Of a stretch of 64,000 nucleotides of DNA, positions 22,851 to 35,400 are shown piece after piece. Source of the stretch: Balanoglossus misakiensis (Eukaryota > Animalia > Hemichordata); assembly GCA_040954595.2 (NCBI GenBank), contig CM082579.2:13641834-13705833 (forward strand), written 5' to 3'. The position numbers and the translations under genes were made by a program. Position 1 is the stretch's first letter. Each line of letters begins with the position of its first letter. Under the pieces are notes generated by a model. It worked only from the letters and a program-made list of their open reading frames with translations, was not told the DNA's origin and did no database searches.

Positions 22851-24848
22851 TACTTTTGTTTTATCTTTTATTAAAAAGGACAGGCCCACTGGCTTGCCCT
22901 GTTAAAAGTAGATTGTACATTACAAGTAGCTTGTAATTACAGTGAAAGATTCATATTAAATAAATTCCATAAATTTTCAACATGTTACACTACTATTGCA
23001 AATCATTACATTATTGATGAAAAAACATTCACCGGAATGAATGCATGTGTAATCAAATCATTCAACATAAACAATCTTTAAATTCACAATATTGCATTAC
23101 AGTATTCCATCATTTATGTAAGTCCTATACTCCAATCTGTCATGGAATTGTGACATACAATTTAATTACAGGAACAATTACCAGTAAAAAAGATGGTATG
23201 TAACACCAGAGGGCGCCAGGTTCAACTGAAGGTGACAACATAGACAAAAAGACTGTTTAAAAATTTAAGGTAAAGTCAAAATCTTTTACCGTTACAAGTA
23301 CATTGTTTTGTGCAAAGATGCTTTCAAATAGCGCAACATCATCACTTGCTTTGCACCTGTTATATTCAAAAGTGATTTTCTGTTTTAATTTGTACTTAAA
23401 GAACTTGATCAAGTCGATTTTCCGAGTACAACGCTTGTATGCTAATCTTCTACTATGAATTGTATAACGTGAAAGTGACAATAAAATATTGATCAGCGTG
23501 TACTCGTACTTGTCATCATTGACAGGATAACCAAATAACATCATTAGAATTCTATATGTTGGGTTAAACTTATTTTCATTACTGGCACTGTAGATATACT
23601 CAAAAACAAGTTGCCACAAGGATTGAACTGCCTGGCAGCACACAAACAAATGATACACGTCTTCGAGAAAAAATGTGCAGAAGTCACAAGTCGGACTGAG
23701 GATTTTGCCTGCTTTATAAAGACGAAGATTACTAAAAACAGCGTTGTGACAAATGAGATAATCCAGATCACCCAGGTAATTATCCTTGAAATGTGTGTAA
23801 ACGATTGGCCAAACTTTACTAAAATCAAAGTTTGGCAGGTGGAAGAGCCAATACTGAACACCCGTGGGCACTGTTTTTCTCAGATGCCGAGCTATTGTAG
23901 TAATGTGTCTAACCTTAAGAGAATGGAAAGGAACACGTTGATCATGAGCATTAACAATAAAAAGAGACGGGTTTTTGTCCACTTTGTTATAATCTTTGTA
24001 ATTACCCTGCAGAATATCATGCCACTTTTGAGGAATTGAATTGAGGATAATATGGTACAGCTTCTCAACAGTATTGCTTGTGGGAGTGTCAGGATGGGCC
24101 AATGAAACCACGTCACCAATTGCATCAACAGGTAGGAACCCAGGAATGACCATTGTATAACAAATCCCTGATTTTGACAATGCCAGCTGAACTGAAAAGC
24201 TTTATAATCGGCAGGGGGCGCCCTTCAACACTTGTAATGAATGGGTTATGAAAAATGGGTTCATTGATAATTTCATCGTAGGAAACTGGTTGTGCACGAA
24301 AATATTTGAAAAGATGCGACCAAGACTGAAACAATTCCCTGTAGAATGTAAAACACTGACGTAAGTTGGTAGGATAAAGTAACATTTTAAAAGTGTCAAC
24401 ACCACAATTGAGATCGAAATACTTATTTAAGTTGTAGGTGAAAAACAGCTTGAATTTGTGAACATAATCTTTATCCAGCAATTTACACAACCACTTGAGA
24501 CGAAGTGCATGCACTTTGTCTTGAATATTTGTGACTTTAAGTCCCCCAACTTGAATGTCGGAAGTGATGATATCATATTTCACCCTGTGATGACCTTTGC
24601 TCCAGAAGAAATTACAGATGTGCTCATTCAAAATTTGTATGTGTTGCTGAGGCAACGAAACAACAGATGCCCGGTACCACAGAGTAGACGTAACAAGGGA
24701 GTTGATAATGAGGGTTTTCCCTTTGTAGGACAATTTACGAAATGACCAAGATTTCAGAATTCTACAGATTTTTGGAATGCGCTGAGCCCAATTGAAATCA
24801 TCAGCAACTGATTTTTCATGACTCAACATGACACCAAGATGATGTCTT
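22851..24848 (-). mobile_element. 5'-truncated L1/Tx1-clade LINE (post-RT region, zf-RVT, 3' UTR)
   Basis: Motifs HLGV...W...WSFRKLSYKGKTLIINSL...LWY, GGL, PIFHNP and CDFC...EDVYHLFVCC. One frameshift near 24150. AATAAA on the minus strand at 22867-22872 followed by an A-rich end. Confidence 0.9.
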
Positions 24849-25012
24849 TAAAAGTTCTCAAGAAAAAAAAGAAATATGAAAAAAGTGGTCTCGAACCAAC
24901 ATCAGTTGACACCTTCAGGTAAAAGGCCAGCCTTCCTGAACCATTCGCCATCACGGTGTGTACTCGAAAAAGTCAGAAATTTCCCGCACTATATTGCAGC
25001 ATAACTCCAATG
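24849..25012. repeat. Continuation of the 500-bp satellite
   Basis: aaaagtggtctcgaaccaacatcagttgacaccttcagg...gcagcataactccaatga. Confidence 0.95.
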
Positions 25013-27110
25013 AAGTAAACAAATAAACACAGGTCAGTTGAATGTTCTCGCTTGAAACCAAATTGTAAATAATGAGAGGTAAGAAACTCCTCACAACGAG
25101 AAAGTAAAATATGCTCAAAAACTTAAGAGAAAACAGTTGCTAGTGCTATCGGCCGGTAGTTACTGGCATCACTACAAAGCTTAGTTTTATCCTTAATAAT
25201 TGGAACTAAAATAACTTTGATAGCCTCAGTTGGCAGGTAACCATGAACAATCATAGGATTAATACTACAAGTCAAAATGGGTAAAATAGAGGAGTCTGAG
25301 AATTTGAGGTGCTCAGCTGAAATATTGTCAATGCCAGCTGTCTTGTCGTCAGGTAACTTATGTATAGCAGAAATTACTTCGTCTTCAGAAACATACATAT
25401 CAGAAGAATAGTTAACATACTTCATTTTCTCCTCGATGTCATTTTTACCAGTCTGAGCCTGGACAGAATTCAAAATATCACTGAAATGCTTGTGCCACAT
25501 AATTGCAATTTCACTCTCACCAGTTGCTCCACCTACAGTGTCAGAAAGTGGCGTTTTTCTGCTAGTTTGCTTTCTGACTTCCTTCCAGAAGTCGTTCTGT
25601 TTGTGGCAGCGTAAATTGTCAGCCATCTTGTCAGCCCTATTTTGAATCTCAATCTTTTTACAAGCACGTAAAGCATACTTAAAACGAGCTCTGGAAGATT
25701 TCATGGTTTCAAAAAGCGGGCCTTGTTTAGGTTTACCCCCATTAACCCATAATAAAAACATGGAACGGGCATAGTCGTGACTTTCTTTTACAAAATCGTT
25801 CCAGCCAGGTACAACATGAACTTTCTGGTGAAACTTACGCCTAATGGTATCTTTTGCAGCACAATTCAATGCATCCACAATACTACTATAACAAGTATCA
25901 ATTGCCTGTAAATGCGAAGGGTCTGTACAGTTCACACTAGTGCAGAATAACTCTTCGGATAAATTAATCTTATCAATCTTGGCTTTGGTACAACGGGTGT
26001 AGGCGGATATATTCTGCTGTGACAATTTTTTCCAATCAACTCGAAAATTACATTGCTTGAAGGAACTACTGCTGAAGCTTTCATCAGCAGAAGTGTTGAA
26101 ATGAACCTCTATTGAAACAGGAATATGGTCGGAGTCAACAACATTGCAAAGACTCGAAATTGAAAGAACATTGCTATGAGAAACTTCAGTGGTAACACAG
26201 TGGTCAATCCATGAAGTACTGCCATGAGCATCGCTAATCTAAGTAAACGTACCAGAATCCCTGCCTAGCAGCTCAACATCAGAAACGATGTAACCAAATT
26301 GCTCACAATGCTCCATCAACTCACGACCAAAGCCTGTATCAGTAGTTACATCAGCATTCCAGTCACCAATAAAAAAGACATTCCCAGTGTTAATATCAGA
26401 AACAATGGAATTGATTTTCGCCAAGTACTCACTGAACACTTCAAAATTATCATTAGTATTGGTGGGCAAATAACAGTTTACAATAACAAGTTTGTCAGTA
26501 TCATTTTCTAAAACTAAACCAAGCAAGCGACTATCAGCAAACTCAACAATACTGGCAAGTTTGCCAAGCGATCTACGCCAAAGAATTGCAACCCCCCCGT
26601 ACGGTCTACCAATACGGAGTTCAGACGAATCAAAAGCAGATACTCCGAATGACATAAAATCCGTAAAATTGACATCTCTTCCTTAGCAAGCCAGTGTTCT
26701 TGTAAAAGACAAATATCATGGGTTTCACACAATTCATACACAGAATGAAAGCTTGATTTCACAGAGCGACAGTTAAATGACACAATCCGTAAACTATTTT
26801 TGCGTTCTGTCATGGCGTCTGAGATTTATAGTATTTTCTTACAAGAGTATCCTGAGGCCAATTTACAGGATCAAGGGCAACTCTAATGTCTACATCAGAT
26901 AATTCAACCATAAAAGAAGCATACGTATCATACTTTTTTTTCAGTTTTGTACAGTTCACACCTACATCAAATTTGTCCGCAGCATAGCGCTCAACATTTT
27001 CACATGTTGTTGCTGGATTCAGCCGGGACACGAAAAGTGTACATACACGCCGCGGTCTTGCGCCTTGAAGGCCAGCTGTAGTACTCAGCGCAGTTCCAAT
27101 CACAGGCTGG
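25013..27110 (-). mobile_element. RTEX-like non-LTR retrotransposon fragment (ORF1 C-terminus, APE, RT start), disrupted
   Basis: ORF1 LFVSRL...YASF...NWP. APE motifs SFNCRS, LQEHWL, GRPYGG, CYLP, GDWNA, SWIDH. Linker VPGWN...ARFKYALR. RT start NYRPIAL...QFGF. The ORF1 stop overlaps the ORF2 start (ATGA, 26810-26813). Confidence 0.85.
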
Positions 27111-27507
27111 GTTCTCTTAAGAGGGATCTGGGGGTGAAAGGCTTGACAGAGCCTTTTGCTGAGGATCTAGACAGGGATTCAAGACTGAGAAAAAAACCCA
27201 GAAAAGGCCCTCTGCTATAAACATGTTTTTGTGGTCCATGTGTGTCACTAGTGTGGGTATAGCCCTGACATTGTTCCTAAATCACCAGTGGCAATATTGT
27301 GGCGTTGATGAGTTTTTTTTCGATCACTATAGCCGAGATGGTTTGGCCAGGCAAGGCTAGACTTGGCCTGGGTTTCGCGGTTTCCCTATGTATGATCAGC
27401 CATGCACACATCTACATACTGGTATGTGTGTCACTAAGATATATGCACAATTTCATTTGAATAAATGTCTCAAAACATAAGTATTTTTCCCCATTGTTTA
27501 TTCACAG

Positions 27508-28884
27508 ATGTTCCAAATCGAGAGTACCCTACCAGATTCAGATGACGTCATTGTTCTTGATCCCCAATGGTTATGTTCTAGAATATTCGGTCCCATGCTG
27601 GCTCCTGAAATATTTGAGCAGTTTGCAAACCGCTTGCCGCGGAAGTCCTTACATATGAGAAGCGAAATTGAGGAAGTTTTCCATGGTCTGGCAGATATTG
27701 ATTTGCTGATAAATCTTCTCAAAGAGTTTGCCCTTCTCTACGAGGTCATTTCTGAATCCAATACTGTAACTGGGTATGTAATACCTGAGTTGTTGGACAC
27801 AGATATGCCTGCAAATCAGTGGAAACAGGATGCTACTAAGAAGATTTACAATGGTAGACGGTTCCAATGCAGAGATGATGCTGATAGTTTCTCGCCAGGA
27901 TTTTCCCCCCGACTTAACGCCCGAATAGAACGCCATTTCCGAAAGATCAACCGACGGACAAGTGGTATATGGAAAAATGGCATCAAAGTGTGTCACAATG
28001 CAGAAGGCTTGGTGTATATGACAAAAGGTTGGAGAGCTATCCATGTTTGTGTTAGAGCAGAGAAAGAAGAGGAAATCGGCGAATGCTACAAATTATTAGA
28101 GACAATAACTGATATTGTCTATGAAGTGTTAGAGATCTGCTGTCCTGGTACAAGACTTGACATCCACGTGTTGAGTTCAGATTCTCTTCGAATCCATCGC
28201 AACCCTGAAGATGTCACATTCTATACATTGAAGCAAATTCGGGAAGCAGAAGAGAGGAATGAGAAGGTGTACAACGAGGAGATGGTGATTTCAGAAGCAG
28301 CTACTGACTTTCTTTGTGCTGGGTATGATACAACCATCCTCCGACACAGTGGATATGAAAGTGATGTCAAGTGGATGCTGAAGGATGCCCTCAAGATATT
28401 TTCTAATATCATGGATATCATCCATTTATCCGGCAATGACTACAGGGCTATGGCAGACTTGATGGGGATCCCTCGCATGGAGGTGGATTCATGGCAATAC
28501 AGTGCATCGATTCAATCCCACACACAACATGCTTTATCTGTTTGGTCCAAGGGCTGTGGAGGACAACAACGTGCAGGCCAACAGCCAACTGCAGATAAGA
28601 AATTCTGTAAGAGCAATTTTTCCAACCTGGTTAAAATTTTTGAGCAAGAAAGTTGTGATGTCTACGCTGCCAGAGAAGAAATACATGAGATGTTCCGAAA
28701 ACTTGGTGTGTCAGCTGATCATCATGATGTTGAAGGTGACATGGCTAATCTACATCTTAAGATGATGACATCAACATCTCTGAAGCAGACCATTGTGACG
28801 TCAGTATATCAATTTCTGATTAGTATGGCAAACGATGGCAGTATTTCCATGGAACTTGTTGCAATGTCTGAGAAATTTAACTGA
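27508..28884 (+). CDS. Terminal exon of a DAPK1-like ROCO protein (COR region + death domain)
   Basis: Preceded by acceptor ttttattcacag. VLDPQWLCSRIFGPMLAP, GRRFQC, GIWKNG and CCPG resemble the DAPK COR domain. GNDYRAMADLMGI...ALSVW resembles a death domain. 458 open codons. Confidence 0.75.
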   Translation: MFQIESTLPDSDDVIVLDPQWLCSRIFGPMLAPEIFEQFANRLPRKSLHMRSEIEEVFHGLADIDLLINLLKEFALLYEVISESNTVTGYVIPELLDTDMPANQWKQDATKKIYNGRRFQCRDDADSFSPGFSPRLNARIERHFRKINRRTSGIWKNGIKVCHNAEGLVYMTKGWRAIHVCVRAEKEEEIGECYKLLETITDIVYEVLEICCPGTRLDIHVLSSDSLRIHRNPEDVTFYTLKQIREAEERNEKVYNEEMVISEAATDFLCAGYDTTILRHSGYESDVKWMLKDALKIFSNIMDIIHLSGNDYRAMADLMGIPRMEVDSWQYSASIQSHTQHALSVWSKGCGGQQRAGQQPTADKKFCKSNFSNLVKIFEQESCDVYAAREEIHEMFRKLGVSADHHDVEGDMANLHLKMMTSTSLKQTIVTSVYQFLISMANDGSISMELVAMSEKFN

Positions 28885-30129
28885 GTAACGTAATGTGTGT
28901 GTGCAAGGAAAAGGTTCCGTACACACATACTGTTATAAGCCCTGCAGAGAAATCAAAGCCAATACACCAAACCACCCTCCACCATTACTGTCTTCTCAAT
29001 AACCAGGCTGTACAACGAGGAGATGGTGATTGCAGAAACAGCTACCAACAGGTGACACAACTAAAGATAAATGAATGGAATCTGTGGCATAGATCTAGCA
29101 TGAGATAACAGAAAGTGAATTACCCAAATACAGTACAAGACCATCCTGCAGATACTGACCTATTTGAAGTGTATGTAATGGTTAATTACAAATTAAATCA
29201 CTCTAAGGAACATGATGTCATGTCAGCTTCACAGGATGGAGACACATGCAAATAAAGTGAGTCAATTACAATTATGAGAAAGTGACAACTAAGAAATTGT
29301 CATGTTGAGTTTACAAACTGCAGCTAATGACATCAATGACCATTATAGCAAAATAAAGTTGATTTTTTAAAAATTCTAGTGATTTTTGTGATTTGTTGCA
29401 ACATTTTTTATTCAAATTATTGTTTTCACCAAAAAGCTGTACAGTAATATTTTTAATCCTGATCATCAATATCTTCAGTAGAAACATTACTTTTGTTTGT
29501 TGACAGATTTAGGAAATTCACTCTATGTTTTGCAGATGTTCATTTTGAGCCAAAAAGCTGAAACATACATATCCTGTCAGTATACAATGACTCTGATTTG
29601 TAAAGCCAAATTAGTTTGTAAAGAGTTAGTTTGTTTCAAATTGCACTAACAATAATTCCAATAACTTTAAGCAGAAATCTGAAACACTTGTTAAGAACAT
29701 GTTCACAATGATTTTGTGTAATGTTCTGGACTTCAGTTTTGATGTGTACTATTTCCCAAAAGCAAATGACTAACCAAGAATATGCAATTTAAGAGAGGTT
29801 GTCATACACTTCTTGCTTTCAATTACATTGAACACACTCTCAACATCTTTTTTCTGTGTACACAAGTTGTCACTTCAAGATCATTCATATTAGGATTGAG
29901 AAACTATTTTCTTAATTTTGAGTTATAAACTAATACAGACATCACCATTCACATTTTGCAGACATGCTATTTAGGTGGTCGACATATCTTTATATTTTTA
30001 GTATTAAAATGTGGGAAGAGTCACTTTGAAAACAGAAAAAAATTTGCTTTCTCAAAAATAAAAATACTTCAAATTTTCTCAATACACATTGAATGGTGGC
30101 CATCTTGATTTTAAAATTTGAATCAGTTT

Positions 30130-30356
30130 CGCTTTATCATTCAAAATTATGCCTGTTTAAAGGATATAAGAGTAAAAATCTCGCCAAAATGAATAAACGG
30201 TAGAGACCGATTATTCATTTTGACGAGTGTTTTACTCTCGTGTCTACAAGTGGGATGGAAGTTGTGGGTGGTCGAACGTTGATTCACTATATATCCACAG
30301 TCTTGTATCAAACATAATTAACAGAAAAATGGCAGCAAGAGAAAGATTTTGTCCCT
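30130..30356 (-). mobile_element. Kolobok/T2-like MITE end (AGGGACA family)
   Basis: Ends tgtccct-TTAA. Its body matches the copies at 39904, 48654 and 60432. Confidence 0.7.
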
Positions 30357-32251
30357 TTAAATGTTATTCCATGTATGACCTCATCTTGGATATGAATATT
30401 ATCTGTTACCAATCCTTGCAATGCAGTTTCCATAACTGCAGTTTTACAGTTCTTTTTCATGAGGACTTGAGAAATGAATTATTTACTGCTTCTTCACAGC
30501 CAGAAAGATTCTTTATAGGTTTTTTAAAATCCTTGATGTGTTCAAAATAAATCTTTTACTTTTGCAATCTTTTGTGTATATGTGTGTCCATTGTTAGCAT
30601 TCCCCCCCCCCACCCCCCACCCCCCGAGTTGAACACGGGCTGCCAAATTATTGCAATACAAGACATGAACTATTCCTACTGCTTCTCATGTTTGGTTTTA
30701 ATGTGCACTTTCAAAATCAGTCATATTCTCCTCAATACAACTTTAGATTATTCTTGCTTAAAACAAAGAATACAGATTAATTATTCACCGTAAAAATTTG
30801 AATGACAAAAATTGTCTCAAATTTGAAATTCAAAATGGCCGCTATAACTCCATGGTGAACATTGTTTATTTTTTTATGAAACCAAGGTGATGAAAATCTT
30901 TTTTTTTTTTTCAAATCAACTTCATATACACTTTAATACAAAAACATGGAAGAGTTTGGAGGACTGATCTTTGTGAAAATAACCAACTTAATGAATTTTT
31001 TTTTCACTCAACTACTGGAAAGTAAGCTGTGCTTTGATTGGTTGCTGACTGAGACAAATGTGTAGATAACCAATCACAACACAGCTACCTTCATGATTGA
31101 GCATGTAGAAAGTGTAGTCTCCCTCAGAAATCGCCCAAAACATCGCTATTAATGCGAGCAGAGGATAGCATGTATGAACTTTGACATGAAATTGGTAGTT
31201 ACCCTGGTTACGACGTTGATTTGTGACTGGTACACTTTCCACCCTTTGAAGAAAGAAAAAAAGAAACAAGTTCTTTTCTGTGCAACACTTCAGAGTCACA
31301 AGTGATTTTCATCAAGAGAAACTTCTATCAGGCAAATTTTACTTGAAATGTTTGAAGAATTGGCACTGGGTTGATTTTATTTTGGAGTGAGTTAAGTACT
31401 CAGGGAGTCATCATTTGGTATCCCCAGGGGGGTCTAGATGCTGTTTTCTGATGGGAGAGACAATTCATTCCAGTGGAATGTGACACTTAGGAAATAAATA
31501 GACCATAGCACCAACAAGAACAATTTCAGAATAAAATCCCGCATAACATATCAGCTCACAATCAGAATGCAGATAAGTATATGAGATAAGAGAAATTCCA
31601 ACAAATGTCTTCATATTTGACTTCCAGTCCAACTTGAGTGGAAATGGCATAAACTTCAATGATTCTGTGCCCTTGAGCAAGGCACTTTTTATTCTCATTG
31701 ATCTGGGGGGACTGACTTTGTATAGATGATTGTTCTAGTCATCCTATCCTAGGTAGACAACATTTCTGTGTTTGATATGGATGAATTTAATAAATTAAAA
31801 ACTGCATCGTTAGCCATTTTTGAATGCTGCTAAATAATAAATATATCCAGAATTTGATAAAACAATTCTATTTGAAATCCATTGTTTTCTTTGGCAATAT
31901 ATGACCATAATTTTGTCGCAAATATATAAATGGTATATATACAGTATTATATTATATCATGCTACCGTCCGCAATTCTGATTGGACGAGAGCTCAATCCA
32001 GCGATGCTAAAATACTCATAATGCACTGCTGGCAGAGCTAAAACGGGCCCCTGCTGAACTAGCATATGGCAGCAAAAACCACAGTCGCGCGTGTTTAAAC
32101 CAAATAAATAAAACAACAATACTGTTGAATTAACGGACGTTTTATTTTGAAATTGCTCTGTGGAAATATTTTTCACTTTGCCACGCGCGATGCCCGTCTT
32201 GTCACTTTTTGTCGTCTGCTTCATGTTTAATGCTCGATCCCGGCAGGATCC

Positions 32252-32403
32252 CGGCCTTGCCGTTGTATGGGCATGCGAACGATTCCACTTGTATGTATAT
32301 GGTCAGAAATTCACCATTGTGACAGACCACAAGCCGTTGGTCCACATATACAACAATCCAATTTCGAAACCACCTGCCATAATCGAACGTTGGGCACTGA
32401 AGC
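32252..32403 (+). pseudogene. Isolated Gypsy RNase H fragment
   Basis: GLAVVWACERFHLYVYGQKFTIVTDHKPLVHIY...IERWAL. Confidence 0.85.
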
Positions 32404-35400
32404 CGTCGGCACAGAAATTAAAAAGAAGAAGAAGAAGAAGAAAATGAGCACGAGTTACACGTCTATAAAATTTACAGCTTGTTGAAATTAGTAAGGTTAC
32501 TTTTCAATATCAGTAGCGCGATACGAGACAAACAACCCTCTATATACCGATAAGAAGTTGTTACCATGGTGATAAAATAAACATCTGTAAGACTGAGATC
32601 TGTCAATTATTTTTTTTCATTCATGCATAAGAAATAGATCACTAATCGAAAAATTAAAATTAAATCTTAATACTCAACAACAGGGTTCGGCCTTAATGTC
32701 AAAATTACTCTATTCTATAAATAGCTCTCAACGGTTAGATTTTTTGAAAGTAAATTATTGCTGATGGTTGGAATACTTAATTTTCAATCTCAGATTCCGT
32801 GAAAATATTACAAAATAATACAGGATAAAGTCGATGGCGTTTTAATTGTCACTAATGAATTCTATACGTCCCCTGGAGGTAACCCAGGGAGATTCCTGAA
32901 CGAAACAGGGATGGTGTCCCATTGTGAAGGTTGTCTATGGGAGGAAACTGATGGGCAGGCCTAGGGCTTTAGTTTTCCAGCTGAAAAATTAATGCGTTTC
33001 GTGTTTATTTATCTGTGATGTGCCTAAAGTACCCCAAACCTTCCGTTTCTACAGTCAACTTGTCGTCATATTTCATTTTTCTAAAATTGTGAAAAGAACA
33101 CAAAACAATTTAAATTTGCTTCTCCAAGAACATTTTACTTCTGTTCTACAAAATAAAGGGGGAAAAATGTGTCATTTGTCTGTCGATGTTTAAAGGGGCA
33201 ATTTTCAATCCCTGGTTTTTGCATTAGTAGGTGCTCCTCCTAGTCAAACATTAGGCTAGTTGCGATGTTTAACCTACAGTACGTTAAAAACACACTCCAA
33301 TCACAACTGTTTACCACCTTAGCTAATCCTATAAAGGGTGCTAGGTATTACAGATAACGATAACGGCCGTGCCATGGTCTAGCTGCACACGAGTACAGTA
33401 GAGACTGTTTACGGTCAACTGGAAAGCAAGAGGCCGATCGCTCTAACCACTTCGACGCTCAATTCTCCCAAGCGCGCACAGGTGCAAGCTCTGGAATGCG
33501 ATCGCGAAACTTCGGACAATGCTCTGTAAAGTAAGCCCTACAACGCAATCTCGCACAAAGAAGCTGTATTCACCTCACTATGATCTGAAATCAGCGTGTA
33601 TTGATTCTTACTTGCATTTGTCCTGCGAGGCAGGACCGTCTTGATGACGACTTTGACCTCAAGCAATTGTGATTGGAGGCGCAGCCGGCAGCATGCAAAA
33701 CAGTCATCCTGCATGCATGACCGGCTACCGTACCACGCGTCGGTCAATCCACTTGCGCACGGCTGGGGCGGCTCGGCACAGGCCTGCCTATAATTTTCCT
33801 ATCAACTTGAGAGCGGATCGCTACTCAAAATAGGCGTTGAAATGTCTGAATTCGCGATCATCAAGTTTATAGATCGACATCGATACAAACCCAGTTCAAG
33901 CTAGACTGATCCCCGGAAATGAACGATGCGAAAATGTCCGCATTGTTTTAATTGCTGACAATCGCGATCGTGGCGTCGGTAATTTTTGAAGGGAGCTCAG
34001 ATGCTTGTCGAAAATTCCACATGAAAGGAATACAAGTCGAATTACCAAAACTATAAATGATTGGCAGCATGTCTTGATACTTGGTGCGTCATGATTTGCA
34101 GGTAGAAAGTCCTATCTATTGCTATTGCGACATGGGCCTATAGGCGCGGCTATATGCACTCGTGAAGCTGTCGCGCCCGTGTACAGCAGCACGCACGCTC
34201 AGGCACAGTTACGTTAGCATTCAAATATCCAGATGACGGGCAACTTCAATAGCGTGGAGGCATTATACCTGATACATGGTACGTGTCTGGCGGTTTTTAA
34301 AATAAAAACATACTTGGAAAAATCTTTTACTGAATGGCGAAATATTGCTTGCCCGTCACTTGGAAATGACAACGCCGTGGGTCACATGGCCAGATCACGT
34401 GATTGATAGCAAAACAATTCTTTGACTGACTTTCTGCGTTTCCGTACGTTTCGATATTTCATCAAATCCGGGCATCACTGAAGTCAAGAGTCCGTTTAAG
34501 GTTTTTTAAGAGACGACATTATTGTACATATTATAATGCGATACATCTTTATTTTTGGCAGTTTTCTTTGAGTGGTGATTGTTTTTGACAAAAATGAATG
34601 GTACATTAAAATAACACCAAAGTCATATCCTCGGGTGTGTAGTGTACTTCTTTATTCACTTTTATATGTGAGTATGTGTGCCTGTGTAATGATTTGTGCA
34701 TTTCTTTTTAATTTTTTATTACGAAGTGTTTTGGTGATTACGGTAGTTCTCTTTTTGAAGGATGTGGTGGCCCTGATAAGGGCCGTTTGGTATGTGTATG
34801 CACTAGAGCATACGTCTCTGGGTTTCTACAGAGAGGCACTAAAAACTTCTTCGACAAAACGCCTCCACACATTGGTCCTCCAACGACTTGTTTTTTCCGT
34901 CAATACCCTGCGCTCAGACCTCCTCCTGTACTGCCTTCCTCGCCGACTCTTCCTGGTATTGGTTGACACCACTTTCGCTTCTGCGTCATATTTTATTGTT
35001 TTGTCAGTGATAAGCTTGCACAGAAACATTGTAAATTATCATGGGGAAAACATGAACACACTCGGAAATAAAATAAAACTTACCCAGTCCAGACAGGTGA
35101 GATCACTCCTGAATTTATAGGAGTTTTTTTTTAATGGGATGCGCAACATTGTTGAAGCTCTCAACATAGTGTGTGTCTTTACACTAGAATGGAAAATAAA
35201 ATAAAATCTTTACAAAGAGTAGAGACTTTGGTTTTCCATAATCGTGTCTGCATATAGCTGACAAAAACTACAGCATAATCTCGGTACAAGAAAGCCTGAG
35301 AGAAATACTGCTATGCTCTATCTGCTGCATGGTGGTGTTCAAACACTGCACATTGTAACTACATGTACCTGTATTCTGAAATCGTGTTTCAAGCTAAACA

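Noticed and set aside
31666-31690. SINE core-like tgtgcccttgagcaaggcactt
   Set aside because: No recognisable tRNA head or tail nearby, so I cannot delimit an element.
34572-35120. 182-aa hydrophobic + strand ORF
   Set aside because: It is antisense to the last exons and A-rich 3' region of the Kolobok transposase; the hydrophobicity reflects T-richness.
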